From the NCBI RefSeq assembly GCF_006345805.1, contig NW_021834315.1:1-52359 (forward strand): a stretch of DNA of 52,359 nucleotides, given 5' to 3'. The notes under the pieces were generated by a model that was given only the letters and a program-made list of their open reading frames with translations, searched no databases and was not told the DNA's origin. A program made the translations under genes and the position numbers. The DNA is from Octopus sinensis. Its lineage: Eukaryota. This document shows positions 50,692 to 52,359 of this stretch, piece after piece (position 1 is the first letter of the stretch; the number at the start of each line of letters is the position of its first letter).

Positions 50692-50727
50692 CAGTTGAAA
50701 AAGTCTCAATGACTGAAACCGGTACTG
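50692..50727 (+). ncRNA. Minimal hammerhead ribozyme variant with U3:A8 core
   Basis: CAG UUGAAAA AGUC ucaau GACU GAAAC CG GUA CUG: short stem I, stem II, palindromic ACCGGU stem III, GUA triplet; lies in a (TA)n-flanked island at 50545-50780. Confidence 0.55.
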
Positions 50728-50842
50728 AAATGGTTTTTATAAACTTATTTCAGCATGTTCTACCTTGACTTTTTTTCCATATATATCTATATATATATAT
50801 ATATATATTATACTTATATATATATATATATATATATATATG

Positions 50843-50955
50843 ACTAGCTTCTACACAGTTTCTGTCTACGAAACTCAAAAGGCATTGATCGGCTCGAGGC
50901 TATAGTAGAAGAAACTTGCTTAGTGTGCCACGCAGAAGGACTGAAGCTGAAACAA
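50843..50955 (-). mobile_element. SINE family A fragment
   Basis: cagtttctgtctac...cgaggctatagtagaagaaacttgc...gtgccacgcag is the reverse complement of family A. Confidence 0.7.
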
Positions 50956-51249
50956 CTAGAGTACATAGCAAACATTTGAACTCTGTATCCTATGTATTTA
51001 TAGCTAACAAATTCCGGAGAGAAAACCCGCGGCACGAAGAAAGGGCGATATTCCGGTAACGGTTGCTATGCGACAGCTGATGTTGGCGACTACATCGCGC
51101 TGAAAGTCAGGAGAGAAATGATTGTTTCTGCAAAGGATAGAATACGTCGCTTGTGTGGCAAATAATTGATACGTGAGTTAGATTTCTGACGATGTATATG
51201 TGGTCAGGAATTTCCATAAACCATAGTAAGTACATACAAAAAAATTGGT

Positions 51250-51530
51250 ACTCCGCCGGTCACGACGACGTGCGTTCCCGTTGATCCGATCAACGAAAGT
51301 GCCTGCTCGTGAAATAAACGTGTAAGTGGCTGACCACTCCATAGACACGAGCACCTGTAATGTATTTCTCAGGGACATTCAGTATGACACGGAACGTGAC
51401 TAAGTACAACTCACTTTTGCCAACAACGTGAAATAAAGTGCCTTGCTTAAGGACACAAGCCATCAGGTTTAGAACTAACGACCTCAGGATCTCAAGTCAA
51501 ATACCTTAATTATTAAACAACGTCCCTTCA
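51250..51530 (-). mobile_element. SINE family D, diverged tRNA-like head with gtgtccttaagcaaggcac body
   Basis: Reverse complement has a decayed tRNA-like head, then tgtgtccttaagcaaggcactttatttcacgttg and a distinct GC-rich tail; single copy in the window. Confidence 0.5.
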
Positions 51531-52359
51531 CTAGCAAATCCATAAGAGATGTTAATTATTTCAGTATAAATACTGCAGTAACAATACAATGTACTGTATA
51601 TCCATTGCGTATGATACGTAGTTGACTATTTTAATCTAATACTGTTTCAATTGCGTATACTGAATTTTTATTCAGCCGGGCGACTATTTGCAACATCAGT
51701 GAATGTTTAGTTCACTTTTTCTTATATCAATCGCGACGAGTTACCAGTAAGTGCCGTTGAAAAGGCCCTAAAATCTGACATACACCTGATGCTCTCGCTG
51801 GCCTTTGCTGGAACGAATTTTCGCTTTTCTCTGTTATTTATTGTGTTTTGAACACAGCACGACCGTCCATAAAATGTGATATCTTAGGGTAAATCGCATA
51901 GTAACTGGCATATCGACAATGTAGATACATTAAGTATGATAAATAGATAACTATTTTAATTAAACAGTTTCAGTTGCATTTACCAATTGCACACACACAC
52001 ACACACACACACACACACCACACACACACAGTGTCCCCCCCCCCGACCCATATATAACTTCTCCCCCATTTCACATTGCTGCTTTTCAACTAAGTTTATG
52101 GTGGGTAAGATCTGTTAACTCCTAATTAAATTTGATTAATTTAACCTGTTTAATAATTATACAACAACATTAGATCTTAATTAATTGATTAATTAATTTT
52201 TTTATAAATAATTTCTTCATAAATTCATATCACTACATGTAACATCACATTGTTTGAAGCTTAAAGTTGTGAAATGCTTGAAGGTTTCGACAGGATGTCT
52301 CTAGATTTTTTCAGTCGCGATGTTTCTCCTCTTTCTTTGTGTTCGCATCGCTATTAGAA

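Overview
This is AT-rich eukaryotic (animal) DNA dominated by microsatellites and transposons, and I found no credible host protein-coding exon. Almost all short ORFs in the track are translations of (TA)n, (CA)n, (TAA)n, (GAA)n or (TATC)n tracts. The repeat landscape suggests a cephalopod (octopus-like) intergenic or intronic region, which is an inference. Real coding remnants are all transposon-derived: three tandem 5'-truncated R4/Dong-type RLE LINEs plus two other Dong-type remnants associated with (TAA)n, a near full-length CR1-group LINE with a CCCH-finger ORF1, a Tx1/L1-clade LINE in (TATC)n, and RTE, Penelope GIY-YIG and mariner fragments. Non-coding elements include at least four tRNA-derived SINE families, MITEs, a non-autonomous Helitron and a Helentron/DINE-like element. 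The main finding is a ~355-bp tandem repeat (2051-2686) in which each unit carries an intact type I hammerhead ribozyme with a palindromic stem III on the minus strand. It is a retrozyme or Penelope pseudo-LTR-like unit predicted to release a 355-nt RNA that could circularise. Other notable findings are a U3:A8 variant hammerhead at 50692, SINE 3' tails matching LINE 3' ends within the window, and nine exact YY1/Pho motifs (CCGCCATNTT) in the unique islands.
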